Shown one piece after another: positions 1 to 9,054 of a stretch of 46,923 bases of DNA. The DNA comes from Bacillota bacterium (GTDB lineage Bacteria; Bacillota; Bacilli; Lactobacillales; Streptococcaceae): NCBI GenBank assembly GCA_021781855.1, contig JAJXWC010000001.1:1-46923 (forward strand). Direction: 5' to 3'. Position 1 is the stretch's first letter. The number at the start of each line of letters is the position of its first letter. A program made the translations under genes and the position numbers. The notes beneath the pieces were generated by a model. The model had not been told where the DNA came from and searched no databases. It was given only the letters and a program-made list of their open reading frames with translations.

Positions 1-12
1 ATGTTTGTATAG

Positions 13-261
13 CGGTTAGTTTCAATTCCTGGTACACCACCTGACTTGTTAAATCCTCCAAAGGGTGATGCGTTTGCAGCACGTAATAAATATGCTTTGG
101 ATATTGATTTTGAAGAGGAACCTCCATTCTTTGAAGTGTCTCCGACACATTTTGCTAAAACGTGGTTGCTTGATTCCAGGGCACCAAAAGTTGAGCCATC
201 TGATAATATCAAGGCACGCTGGGCGCGTTGGGCAAAAATGGCGAAAGGAGAGGCTGAATAA
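13..261 (+). CDS. oppD: Oligopeptide/dipeptide ABC transporter ATP-binding subunit, C-terminal fragment (5' truncated)
   Basis: RLVSIPGTPPDLLNPPKGDAFAARNKYALDIDFEEEPP is the typical OppD C-terminal domain; stop overlaps the oppF start; an in-frame TAG lies at 10-12. Confidence 0.85.
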   Translation, partial: RLVSIPGTPPDLLNPPKGDAFAARNKYALDIDFEEEPPFFEVSPTHFAKTWLLDSRAPKVEPSDNIKARWARWAKMAKGEAE

Positions 262-1202
262 TGACTGAAGAAAGAAAAAAATTGGTCGAGTTGAAAAATC
301 TGAATTTGATTTTCAACAAGGGCAAGCGCAATGCTAACAAAGCAATTAACAACGTTTCTTTTGATATCTATGAGGGTGAAACTTTCGGGCTTGTTGGTGA
401 GTCTGGTTCTGGAAAGACGACAATTGGTCGTGCAATTTTGAAGCTTTACGATAAAGATATTGATAGCGGTGAAATTCTTTTTAATGGAAAAGATGTTCGG
501 ACGCTGAAAGGGCAAGAATTAAAAGATTTTCGCTCAAGTGCACAAATGATTTTCCAAGACCCGCAGGCGTCTTTAAATGGTAGGATGCGTGTCAAAGATG
601 TAGTTGCTGAAGGAATTGATGTCAATGGACTTGCTAAGAACGCTGATGAGCGTACAGCGCAAGTTGAATCTTTGCTTAAATTGGTAGGATTGAACCATGA
701 CCATTTGACTCGTTATCCACATGAATTTTCTGGAGGACAGCGTCAACGTATTGGGATTGCACGTGCACTTGCGGTACGTCCGAAATTTATTGTTGCCGAT
801 GAACCAATTTCTGCCTTGGACGTCTCGATTCAGGCACAGGTTGTCAATCTAATGCGTGACATACAGGACAAAGAAGGGCTGACTTATTTGTTTATTGCCC
901 ATGATTTGTCAATGGTAAAATATATTTCTGATAGGATTGGTGTAATGCATTGGGGTAAGATTTTGGAAATTGGGACTTCTGAGCAAGTTTATAATCATCC
1001 CATCCATCCCTATACAAAGAGTTTGCTAAGTTCAATTCCTTCGCCAGACCCTATTTCTGAACGGCAAAGGACACCGATTGTTTATGACCCAACAGCTGAA
1101 ACTGATGGTCAAGAACGTGAAATGCGTGAGATTTTGCCGGGACATTTCGTTTTTTCAACAGAAACTGAAGCAGCTGAATACAAAAGAACAGCAACTTTAT
1201 AA
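261..1202 (+). CDS. oppF: Oligopeptide/dipeptide ABC transporter ATP-binding protein
   Basis: Walker A GESGSGKT, signature FSGGQRQRIG, Walker B IVADEP, HPYTKSLL motif. Confidence 0.93.
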   Translation: MTEERKKLVELKNLNLIFNKGKRNANKAINNVSFDIYEGETFGLVGESGSGKTTIGRAILKLYDKDIDSGEILFNGKDVRTLKGQELKDFRSSAQMIFQDPQASLNGRMRVKDVVAEGIDVNGLAKNADERTAQVESLLKLVGLNHDHLTRYPHEFSGGQRQRIGIARALAVRPKFIVADEPISALDVSIQAQVVNLMRDIQDKEGLTYLFIAHDLSMVKYISDRIGVMHWGKILEIGTSEQVYNHPIHPYTKSLLSSIPSPDPISERQRTPIVYDPTAETDGQEREMREILPGHFVFSTETEAAEYKRTATL

Positions 1203-1210
1203 CATATTTT

Positions 1211-1240
1211 AATGAGTTCACTAAAAGTAAACTCATTTTT
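1211..1240 (+). terminator. Rho-independent terminator after oppF
   Basis: aatgagtt..aactcatt stem followed by T tract. Confidence 0.7.
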
Positions 1241-1337
1241 AATACGAAAATTGCAAACGTTTTTCTAAATTATTTTTGTTTCGTTTAAGTTTTATATCTT
1301 AAAATGGTAAAATCTTTTTGAAAGAAGGAATATAAAA

Positions 1338-1484
1338 ATGAATGAAAATATAATTTTAAAAGAAGCGATGTTTGCTTTGAAACATGCAGAAAATGCAGAT
1401 GAACGCGGGCAAGTTTTGCACGAATTTGCATTACAACTGGCTCAGCCTGAATATACAAAATTAGTAGAGTTAGTGATGCATTAA
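1338..1484 (+). CDS. Small hypothetical protein, 48 aa (MNENIILKEAMFALKHAENADERGQVLHEFALQLAQPEYTKLVELVMH), below the ORF-track cutoff
   Basis: RBS aaggaa upstream of ATG 1338, extended -10 TGGTAAAAT at 1305-1313, cre-like TGCAAACGTTTTTC at 1252. Confidence 0.65.
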   Translation: MNENIILKEAMFALKHAENADERGQVLHEFALQLAQPEYTKLVELVMH

Positions 1485-1499
1485 GCAAAAGCAAATTTT
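1442..1499 (+). repeat. 58-bp perfect direct repeat, left copy (3' end of the small gene)
   Basis: tcagcctgaatatacaaaattagtagagttagtgatgcattaagcaaaagcaaatttt is identical to 2667-2724. Confidence 0.95.
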
Positions 1500-1891
1500 A
1501 TTCATGAAATCGTAACCATCCATCCAATGGGTGGTTTTTATTGACTCTTCCAGAAATAACTGACTGGACATTGTAATTAGAGGTTGGTCTATAATTTTAT
1601 GATAAAATAAAAAAATTATGATTTATTCTTGACAAAATAGAAAAATCGAATTATAATAAATTTATAAGAAAGATTCGGATTATTTAATGCGAATTTTTCA
1701 TAAATGAGCACAAGTGAAAAGTAGTGGATGCGCAGCCACCTTTGTCACTCAAGATTTGAAGTACGTACTCTTAGAAAGCAGGTTTATCAAAATGAAAAAA
1801 ATGTTGTCGTAGCTTGGAGTTTCTCCGAAAGTCCAAGCTCACAGTGAGCTTTTTGTTCTGTAGAACAAAAGTATTTTAATGGAGAAAAATC

Positions 1892-2335
1892 ATGAAAAAT
1901 ATTAAACTATATGCAATCGGTCTTTTGGGTATCGTCACTGTCAGTGTGTGTGGAACATCTGTATCTGCTGCAACAAGTTCTCCAAAACAAACAATCAGCA
2001 TTTCCAAAGCACAGAAGGTGGTGTTAAAAAATGGAATTGAGGGAAACGGAGGAGATGCGAAAATTTATGGTACGAGCTCTGGAGCATGGTGGTCAGTAAA
2101 GCCTAATGCATTCATTGGATATTATTTTGTTGGTGAAGTGTACGTGACATATAGAAATGCTTCCTATAAACCTGTAACGCTTTATGTGGGAGGAGTCCAT
2201 ACCGCAGGAGGAAGCCTTACTGGAGATGTGTATTTTTCACATCACTCTGGAGGAACGGCACATCTATACGGTAAAGCTGAAGATGTGTTGGGGGATACTT
2301 TTTGGACATTAGCAGATGTTCAAACAAACTTTTAA
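1892..2335 (+). CDS. Hypothetical secreted protein (Sec signal peptide; Gly/aromatic-rich, probably beta-rich mature part)
   Basis: RBS ggag; N-terminus MKNIKLYAIGLLGIVTVSVCGTSVSA with predicted VSA/A cleavage. Confidence 0.75.
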   Translation: MKNIKLYAIGLLGIVTVSVCGTSVSAATSSPKQTISISKAQKVVLKNGIEGNGGDAKIYGTSSGAWWSVKPNAFIGYYFVGEVYVTYRNASYKPVTLYVGGVHTAGGSLTGDVYFSHHSGGTAHLYGKAEDVLGDTFWTLADVQTNF

Positions 2336-2350
2336 TAGAAAGTTTATAGG

Positions 2351-2635
2351 ATGTTTGAAACGGTAATAAAGCGTCATTTGAAAAATAGAGGGATACCACT
2401 AGATTGTCTAGAGGTAGAGCATAATATTAACGAAGTAATTTTCATAATTAAAAATGAAAATGAACTTGAATTAGTGAATATTATCATGCTTTTTAGTAGC
2501 TTGTTTTCATTCCCTAAAGTTCGATATTCCTATACAGTTGTGGGAAAAGCTAACTCAGATAGAGTTGATTATGTCAGTTTTATAGTGAGTTGTTCGGAAT
2601 TTGAAAAGCTAAATGAATATTTTGGACAAAAATAA
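2351..2635 (+). CDS. Hypothetical cytoplasmic protein, 94 aa
   Basis: Starts 15 nt after the secreted-protein gene, same strand. Confidence 0.55.
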   Translation: MFETVIKRHLKNRGIPLDCLEVEHNINEVIFIIKNENELELVNIIMLFSSLFSFPKVRYSYTVVGKANSDRVDYVSFIVSCSEFEKLNEYFGQK

Positions 2636-2666
2636 ATAAGCAAGTTATAAAAAAGCAAAAATAAGT

Positions 2667-2724
2667 TCAGCCTGAATATACAAAATTAGTAGAGTTAGTG
2701 ATGCATTAAGCAAAAGCAAATTTT
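2667..2724 (+). repeat. 58-bp perfect direct repeat, right copy
   Basis: Identical to 1442-1499. Confidence 0.95.
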
Positions 2725-2729
2725 CATTG

Positions 2730-2758
2730 AAGCAGACTGTAAAAACGGTCTGTTTTTT
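2730..2758 (+). terminator. Rho-independent terminator, probably the original terminator of the small gene
   Basis: agcagactgt-aaaa-acggtctgtt followed by T tract. Confidence 0.75.
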
Positions 2759-2760
2759 GT

Positions 2761-2998
2761 TATAATTGAGTTCACAGGAGCTGAAGACTGGAAAAAAGAT
2801 AAATCTTGGAACCTTGCTACGCAAGAACCCAAGATTTCCTATTTTTCAAGTCTTCATTGCGCTCCTGCTCACATCTTGCTATAATTGAGTTCGGCTTTGC
2901 TAAAAGAAATGAAGAGAGACAAATCGCTTCGAGAAACGATGTTTCTTACACGATTTTCTATTTTTCGTTCTTTTATTGCGTTTAGCCTCACATTTTGG
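2761..2998 (+). repeat. Two tandem 119-bp diverged units, each a long interrupted hairpin; candidate structured RNAs
   Basis: Units start TATAATTGAGTTC at 2761 and 2880; CATAAT recurs at 2999; stems are preserved by compensatory changes. Confidence 0.75.
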
Positions 2999-3065
2999 CA
3001 TAATAATATGAACTACTCATTTTGAGATGAGTGATGGGCCTAAAAATTGAATGGAATATACAATA

Positions 3066-4622
3066 ATGAATAGAGAAGAAGAAATCAAGAAACGGCGCAC
3101 GTTTGCGATTATTTCTCACCCGGATGCAGGGAAAACAACGATTACAGAGCAGCTTTTAAAATTTGGTGGTGCCATCCGTGAAGCGGGAACGGTTAAGGCG
3201 CGTAAGACGGGAAATTTCGCCAAGTCGGACTGGATGGATATTGAAAAAGAGCGTGGTATTTCGGTCACGTCATCGGTTATGCAGTTTGACTATGCGGGCA
3301 AGCGGGTCAATATCTTGGATACACCAGGACACGAGGATTTTTCGGAGGACACTTATCGGACGCTGATGGCGGTAGATGCGGCGGTAATGGTCATTGACAG
3401 CGCCAAGGGTATCGAAGCACAGACGAAAAAGCTTTTTCAGGTCGTCAAGCACCGTAATATTCCTGTCTTTACCTTTATCAATAAGCTCGACCGGGATGGA
3501 CGAGAGCCACTGGACTTGCTCTCCGAGCTGGAGGAGATTTTGGGTATCCAGTCGGTACCGATGAATTGGCCGATTGGAATGGGAAAGAATTTTCAGGGCT
3601 TGTATGATATGCGACATCAACGAGTGGAGGTTTATCAGCCTGTAGGAGATGAGCGATTTGTGGATTTTGCTGAGATTGAACATCACCCGTTGGCGCAAAA
3701 TCCATTTTACGCACAGGCTTTGGAAGATGCTGAGCTTTTGCAGGATGCTGGAAATGAGTTTGATGAGGCGGCAATCATCGCAGGGCAGCTAACACCTGTA
3801 TTTTTTGGCTCAGCGTTGACGAGTTTTGGGGTGCAGACTTTCCTTGAGACCTTCTTGCAGTATGCGCCAGAGCCGCATGCGCACAAGACAGTAGATGACA
3901 CGGAAATTGAGCCGTTTAATCCTGATTTTTCAGGTTTTGTTTTCAAAATTCAGGCAAATATGGACCCACGCCATCGTGATAGAATTGCTTTTGTGCGGAT
4001 TGTCTCGGGTGAATTTGAACGTGGTATGAGCGTAAAATTATTGCGCACGGGAAAAGAAGTGAAACTCTCCAATGTGACACAGTTTATGGCGGAAACCCGC
4101 GAAAATGTGGAAAATGCCGTTGCTGGAGACATCATTGGGGTCTATGATACGGGAACTTATCAGGTGGGAGATACACTTGCCAGCCGACTAAAAACGGCTT
4201 TTGAACCACTGCCGACCTTTACACCAGAGCTTTTTATGCGGGTACAGGCGAAAAATGTCATGAAGCAGAAGTCTTTTCATAAAGGAATTGAGCAGCTTGT
4301 GCAGGAAGGGGCAATTCAGCTTTACACCAACTATACCACGGGTGATATCATGTTGGGTGCCGTCGGCCAGCTTCAATTTGAGGTCTTCAAAGACCGGATG
4401 GAGCGTGAGTACAATGCGGAAATCGTGATGACCCCGATGGGTAATAAAACGGTACGTTGGATTAAACCAGAGGATTTGGACGAAAAAATGTCAAGCTCAC
4501 GGAATATCTTGGCACGCGACCGATTTGACCACCCGCTGTTCTTGTTTGAAAATGACTTTGCGATGCGCTGGTTTAAGGATAAGTATCCAGATGTGGAGTT
4601 GATGGAGCAGTTTTCCGTGTAA
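3066..4622 (+). CDS. prfC: Peptide chain release factor 3
   Basis: [25 protein letters not shown]; alternative start at 3051. Confidence 0.97.
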   Translation: MNREEEIKKRRTFAIISHPDAGKTTITEQLLKFGGAIREAGTVKARKTGNFAKSDWMDIEKERGISVTSSVMQFDYAGKRVNILDTPGHEDFSEDTYRTLMAVDAAVMVIDSAKGIEAQTKKLFQVVKHRNIPVFTFINKLDRDGREPLDLLSELEEILGIQSVPMNWPIGMGKNFQGLYDMRHQRVEVYQPVGDERFVDFAEIEHHPLAQNPFYAQALEDAELLQDAGNEFDEAAIIAGQLTPVFFGSALTSFGVQTFLETFLQYAPEPHAHKTVDDTEIEPFNPDFSGFVFKIQANMDPRHRDRIAFVRIVSGEFERGMSVKLLRTGKEVKLSNVTQFMAETRENVENAVAGDIIGVYDTGTYQVGDTLASRLKTAFEPLPTFTPELFMRVQAKNVMKQKSFHKGIEQLVQEGAIQLYTNYTTGDIMLGAVGQLQFEVFKDRMEREYNAEIVMTPMGNKTVRWIKPEDLDEKMSSSRNILARDRFDHPLFLFENDFAMRWFKDKYPDVELMEQFSV

Positions 4623-4825
4623 TTGAGAGATAAAGGCATTCTGTCAGTGATGACAGAGCTTTTTTCGTTTATCATGAAAAAATTTTCAAGAAAATAAACG
4701 ATAATAGGAATTTTCTTTGAAATTGTGATATAATAGATAGGTTACGTCAGGCGTCATTCAAATTTTCGCCTGTAAGAATAAATTAGATGCGCGGAAGCGC
4801 AAATTAGAATAATATAGGTGAATTT

Positions 4826-6409
4826 TTGAAATTTAATGAACTTGGGCTCTCAGAGTCCACTTTGACGACGCTTGCGGCTATCGGATACGAGACACCAACG
4901 CCCATTCAGGAGCAAACGATTCAGCTTGCTTTGGCGGGGCATGATGTGATTGGGCAGGCTCAGACAGGAACAGGTAAGACTGCGGCATTTGGGCTTCCCA
5001 CGATTGAAAAGATTGACGAGCATGGTGGTTTGCAGGCTTTGATTATTGCACCAACACGTGAACTTGCGGTGCAGAATCAAGAGGAACTTTTCCGTTTTGG
5101 CAAGGGAAAATCTTTGAAAGTCCGCATTGTTTATGGTGGTTCCAGTATTGAAAAACAGATTAAAGCACTAAAATCAGGTGCACATATTGTGGTCGGAACA
5201 CCAGGGCGAATTGTTGATTTGATTAAGCGCAAAGCCCTTAATTTGTCAGGACTTACGACCTTGATTCTTGATGAAGCGGACGAAATGCTGAATATGGGCT
5301 TTCTTGAAGATATCGAATTTATCATCAATCAAACACCTGAAACACGTCAAACCTTGCTTTTTAGTGCAACAATGCCGAACGATATCAAGAAAATCGGCGT
5401 GAAATTTATGAAAAATCCGCAGCACGTTAAGGTAGCATCAAAAGAAATGACGGCGGACAATATTGACCAGTATTTCATCAAGGCAAAAGAGTTTGAGAAG
5501 TTTGACATTTTGACGCGCTTGCTTGATGTTGAGCGCCCTGAACTAGCGATTATTTTTGGACGAACAAAACGACGTGTTGATGAGATTACACGTGGACTGA
5601 AAATTCGTGGTTATCGTGCAGAAGGTATTCATGGCGACCTTGACCAAGGGAAACGCTTGAGTGTTTTGCGTGATTTTAAGGCGGGGCGTCTGGATATCCT
5701 CGTGGCAACGGATGTTGCGGCGCGCGGACTTGATATTTCTGGTGTGACACACGTTTACAACTACGATATCACACAAGACCAGGAAAGTTATGTTCACCGG
5801 ATTGGACGTACTGGGCGTGCGGGCAAATCTGGCCGTTCAGTGACGTTGGTTTCTTACAACGAAATGGGCTATTTGCGCGCCATTGAAAATTTGACGAAAA
5901 AGCCGATGAAAGGCTTGAAACCACCGACAAAGGAAGAAGCTTATCGTGCTTCACTTGGCGTTGCGATGGACGAAGTCAAACGCGATTTGACGAATGATGA
6001 ACTCGCTGATAAACTGGTCAAATTCGATAAACAAGCGGCTAAGCTTTTGGAAGAATTTGATGCAAAGACACTGGTCGCATTGCTTATACAAGGACGCGTC
6101 AAAGACCCTGATACGATGGAAAAAGTCGATATCGCAGCTGAACGTCCATTGCCATTTAATAACGGCGAAGCTGGATTTAAGGGGAAAAAAGGCAAAGGCA
6201 GCGGACGTTTTGGCAAAGGACGTGGTGACCGTGATGACCGAGGTCCTAAACGAAATTGGCGTGACCGTGACGATAATAATCGTGGAGGTTATCGCGGCAA
6301 GCGTGATGACCGTCGTGATGAACACAAATCTGATAATAAAAAACCGCGCCCACGCACAGGAGCTGAGAAAAAAGCTGGCTTCGTAATGCGTAATCGTGGA
6401 GATAAATAA
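4826..6409 (+). CDS. cshA: DEAD-box RNA helicase (CshA/RheA type), TTG start
   Basis: Q motif, AQTGTGKT, DEAD, SAT, HRIGRTGRAG; RG/RD-rich C-terminal tail. Confidence 0.93.
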   Translation: MKFNELGLSESTLTTLAAIGYETPTPIQEQTIQLALAGHDVIGQAQTGTGKTAAFGLPTIEKIDEHGGLQALIIAPTRELAVQNQEELFRFGKGKSLKVRIVYGGSSIEKQIKALKSGAHIVVGTPGRIVDLIKRKALNLSGLTTLILDEADEMLNMGFLEDIEFIINQTPETRQTLLFSATMPNDIKKIGVKFMKNPQHVKVASKEMTADNIDQYFIKAKEFEKFDILTRLLDVERPELAIIFGRTKRRVDEITRGLKIRGYRAEGIHGDLDQGKRLSVLRDFKAGRLDILVATDVAARGLDISGVTHVYNYDITQDQESYVHRIGRTGRAGKSGRSVTLVSYNEMGYLRAIENLTKKPMKGLKPPTKEEAYRASLGVAMDEVKRDLTNDELADKLVKFDKQAAKLLEEFDAKTLVALLIQGRVKDPDTMEKVDIAAERPLPFNNGEAGFKGKKGKGSGRFGKGRGDRDDRGPKRNWRDRDDNNRGGYRGKRDDRRDEHKSDNKKPRPRTGAEKKAGFVMRNRGDK

Positions 6410-6732
6410 AGTGGAGCTTATTTAGTGGGAGTTAAAACTCCCACTAAATTTTTGAGTATCCGTTCGCTTTTGTCTTTCACTATGCAGATAGCGCTATTTA
6501 TCTCGACCTTTAGACGAGATGTTAGCAGATGCTGTTGGAATAAAATAATAGCTCTGAAAAGGGCTTTTTTGGTACAGAAATATGCTGTAAGGAAGGCTTG
6601 TAAATAATGTCTACTCGGGAGAGAATTTTCCGTAAGTCTGGTCGCATGGACTTCTAGTCAACAGCTTAGAATAGAATAAGGTGCTCGTCTTTTGCAACAT
6701 GAAGTATGTAAACATGCAGTACTGAGATAAAA
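6407..6732 (+). repeat. Modular intergenic repeat element (left end type 1 to right end)
   Basis: Hairpin tttagtgggagttaaaactcccactaaa near the left end; ends in gcagtactgagataaaa. Confidence 0.7.
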
Positions 6733-6768
6733 GTGAAAAATCTTACGGATTTTTGGTATAATCTAGGT

Positions 6769-7680
6769 ATGGAAAATAACAAATTTAAATCAGGTTTTGT
6801 GGCGATTTTAGGACGTCCGAATGTGGGAAAATCAACTTTTCTCAATCATGTTATGGGGCAGAAAATTGCTATCATGAGCGATAAGCCACAGACGACACGC
6901 AATAAAATTCAGGGAATTTATACAACGGAGAACGAACAAATTGTTTTCATTGATACACCTGGAATTCATAAGCCGCACAATGCTTTAGGAGACTTCATGG
7001 TGCAATCCGCTTACTCAACTCTGCGTGAGTGTGATGTGGTGCTTTTTATGGTGGCAGCAGATGAGCCGCGTTCAACTGGCGAAAATATGATTATTGAACG
7101 GCTGAAGCAGGCAGAAGTTCCAGTCATTTTGGTTGTGAACAAGATTGACAAAATCCATCCAGACAAGCTGTTTGAAATTATTACGGATTACAGTTCACAA
7201 ATGGAATTTTCAGAAGTCGTACCTATTTCTGCGTTGGCGGGGAATAATACAGAAACGTTGCTTACTACTTTGTCGGATAAACTGGCAGTTGGACCGCAAT
7301 ATTTTCCTGAGGACCAAATCACAGACCATCCTGAACGCTGGCTGGTTTCGGAGATGATTCGTGAGAAAATCTTACTTTTGACGCGCGAAGAAGTGCCGCA
7401 TTCTATTGCTGTGGTGACTGATAAAATGACGCGTGAGGAAGAAACAGGGAAAATTCACATCATGGCAACCATTATTGTAGAACGTAAGTCACAAAAAGGG
7501 ATTATTTTGGGCAAAGGTGGCGCAATGATTAAGAAAATTGGGCAACTTGCCCGCCGTGATATCGAGCTGATGTTGGGGGATAAGGTTTATCTGGAAACGT
7601 GGGTAAAAGTCAAGAATGACTGGCGTGATAGAAAAATGGACCTTGCTGACTTTGGCTATAAGAAAGATGATTATATGTAA
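6769..7680 (+). CDS. era: GTPase Era
   Basis: [19 protein letters not shown] domain; true start is ATG 6769 rather than GTG 6733. Confidence 0.97.
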   Translation: MENNKFKSGFVAILGRPNVGKSTFLNHVMGQKIAIMSDKPQTTRNKIQGIYTTENEQIVFIDTPGIHKPHNALGDFMVQSAYSTLRECDVVLFMVAADEPRSTGENMIIERLKQAEVPVILVVNKIDKIHPDKLFEIITDYSSQMEFSEVVPISALAGNNTETLLTTLSDKLAVGPQYFPEDQITDHPERWLVSEMIREKILLLTREEVPHSIAVVTDKMTREEETGKIHIMATIIVERKSQKGIILGKGGAMIKKIGQLARRDIELMLGDKVYLETWVKVKNDWRDRKMDLADFGYKKDDYM

Positions 7681-7704
7681 AAGTGAGCGCTGAAAGGAGA
7701 GAAT

Positions 7705-8523
7705 GTGCCAGAATTACCCGAAGTTGAAAATGTGCGAAAAAGTCTTACTGATTTAGTGGCTGGGCGCAAAATTTTGGAGCTTTCGGCAGCCTATCCGCGC
7801 ATGGTGCTGACTGGATTTGACCAGGCAAAAGCTACACTTGAAGGACAGACGATTCGTGGTATTTCACGACGAGGGAAGTATTTGATTTTTGAATTTGATG
7901 CGTTTGTACTAATTTCGCATTTGCGGATGGAGGGGAAATATCGGCTTGAAGCCTTAGATTTTGTAGCGGGTAAGCATGACCACCTTTTTGTCAAATTTTC
8001 TGACGGTGTACTGGTTTACCAAGATGTTCGGAAATTTGGTACTTGGGAAATTTTACGTCGTGAAGAAACTGCCAAATATTTTGAAAATAAAAAAATTGGT
8101 CCAGAACCGACAGCTTCAACATTTGACGAAGCAATTTTTTCTGAGAAATTGGGTCAGTCAAAAAAGAAAATTAAACCGTATTTGCTCGACCAATCCCTTG
8201 TCGCAGGGCTTGGAAATATTTATGCTGACGAAGTGCTTTGGCAAGCAAAAATTCATCCCGAGAGGATAGCTTCGGATTTGACCGAGCCATCAAAAAAACT
8301 TCTGCATGACAGTATCATTGAGATTCTACAAAAGGCCATCAAACTTGGTGGTTCAAGTATTCGAACTTACCAAAATGCGTTGGGAAAATCAGGAACAATG
8401 CAAGAAGAACTCAAAGTTTACGGTAAAACAGGTCAAAACTGTTCGCGCTGTGCTACAAAGATTGTCAAGATAAAGGTTGCAGGACGCGGAACTCATTTTT
8501 GTCCAAATTGCCAACATCTGTGA
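7705..8523 (+). CDS. mutM: Formamidopyrimidine-DNA glycosylase
   Basis: N-terminal PELPEVE, HLRMEG, GLGNIYADE, C4 zinc finger. Confidence 0.97.
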   Translation: MPELPEVENVRKSLTDLVAGRKILELSAAYPRMVLTGFDQAKATLEGQTIRGISRRGKYLIFEFDAFVLISHLRMEGKYRLEALDFVAGKHDHLFVKFSDGVLVYQDVRKFGTWEILRREETAKYFENKKIGPEPTASTFDEAIFSEKLGQSKKKIKPYLLDQSLVAGLGNIYADEVLWQAKIHPERIASDLTEPSKKLLHDSIIEILQKAIKLGGSSIRTYQNALGKSGTMQEELKVYGKTGQNCSRCATKIVKIKVAGRGTHFCPNCQHL

Positions 8524-8721
8524 AAGAATATATTCGGTAGAGCTGAAAATTCTTTGTCCAACTTGCAATGCTAGCCAAAGATAATCTGTACTTAGGATGA
8601 AGCGGGAGCTAAATTCGGAGCTCTTTCGGTTTTAGGATTTCAGAACGAATGGATATCTGCGGTAGAGACGGGAATTTGGTATATGCTACTGAGCTAAAAG
8701 ATGAAACAAGCAACTCAAAAA

Positions 8722-8937
8722 ATGAGGCAGAGACTTGTTTAGTAGGAGTTTCAACTCTCACTAAATTTAGGGGAGAACCTCTATATGAAAAAACCAAGCG
8801 ACCTGTAAGCGACAAAGCCACAAGAGTATGCTTAACATCTTTGAATATGAAGTTACCCTGCCCCTCTATGCTATCCATTTGCTCCACGAAAGCAAAACGC
8901 TCATCTTTCGTAGCAGAAAAGCTACTGAGATAAAAAA
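8722..8937 (+). repeat. Modular intergenic repeat element
   Basis: Left end atgaggcagagacttgtttagtaggagtttcaactctcactaaa, right end gctactgagataaaa; ~160 bp aligns with the reverse complement of 25091-25253. Confidence 0.8.
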
Positions 8938-9054
8938 ATTCTGTGACAAAGCGCATAGAAAAACGTATATAATAGCAGGAGGAAAAGTTTTAGGGGCTTA
9001 AAAATTCCCCTAGAAAATGCTATAATTAACTATAAAAGAAAACGGAGACGAAAT

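Larger units (their letters stand above)
1500..2666. mobile_element. Small genomic islet between 58-bp direct repeats, with no integrase
   Basis: Flanked by att-like duplication of a gene 3' end; carries two orphan genes. Confidence 0.6.

Noticed and set aside
1892-2335. Lactococcin 972 family assignment
   Set aside because: Longer than typical and lacks the recognisable family motifs; no adjacent multi-TM immunity or ABC genes
2761-2998. Possible mini-CRISPR array (regular period, recurring TATAATTGAGTTC)
   Set aside because: Only two units; the would-be spacers are ~100 nt, homologous to each other and self-complementary; no cas genes
3066-4622. prfC looks GC-rich, suggesting xenologous replacement
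   Set aside because: Spot counts in neighbouring cshA are similarly high; no clear compositional break without computation
8609-8956. Overlapping ORFs 8609-8956 (-) and 8649-8933 (+)
   Set aside because: They lie in a repeat element whose homolog at 25091-25253 shows indels; no RBS or recognisable domain
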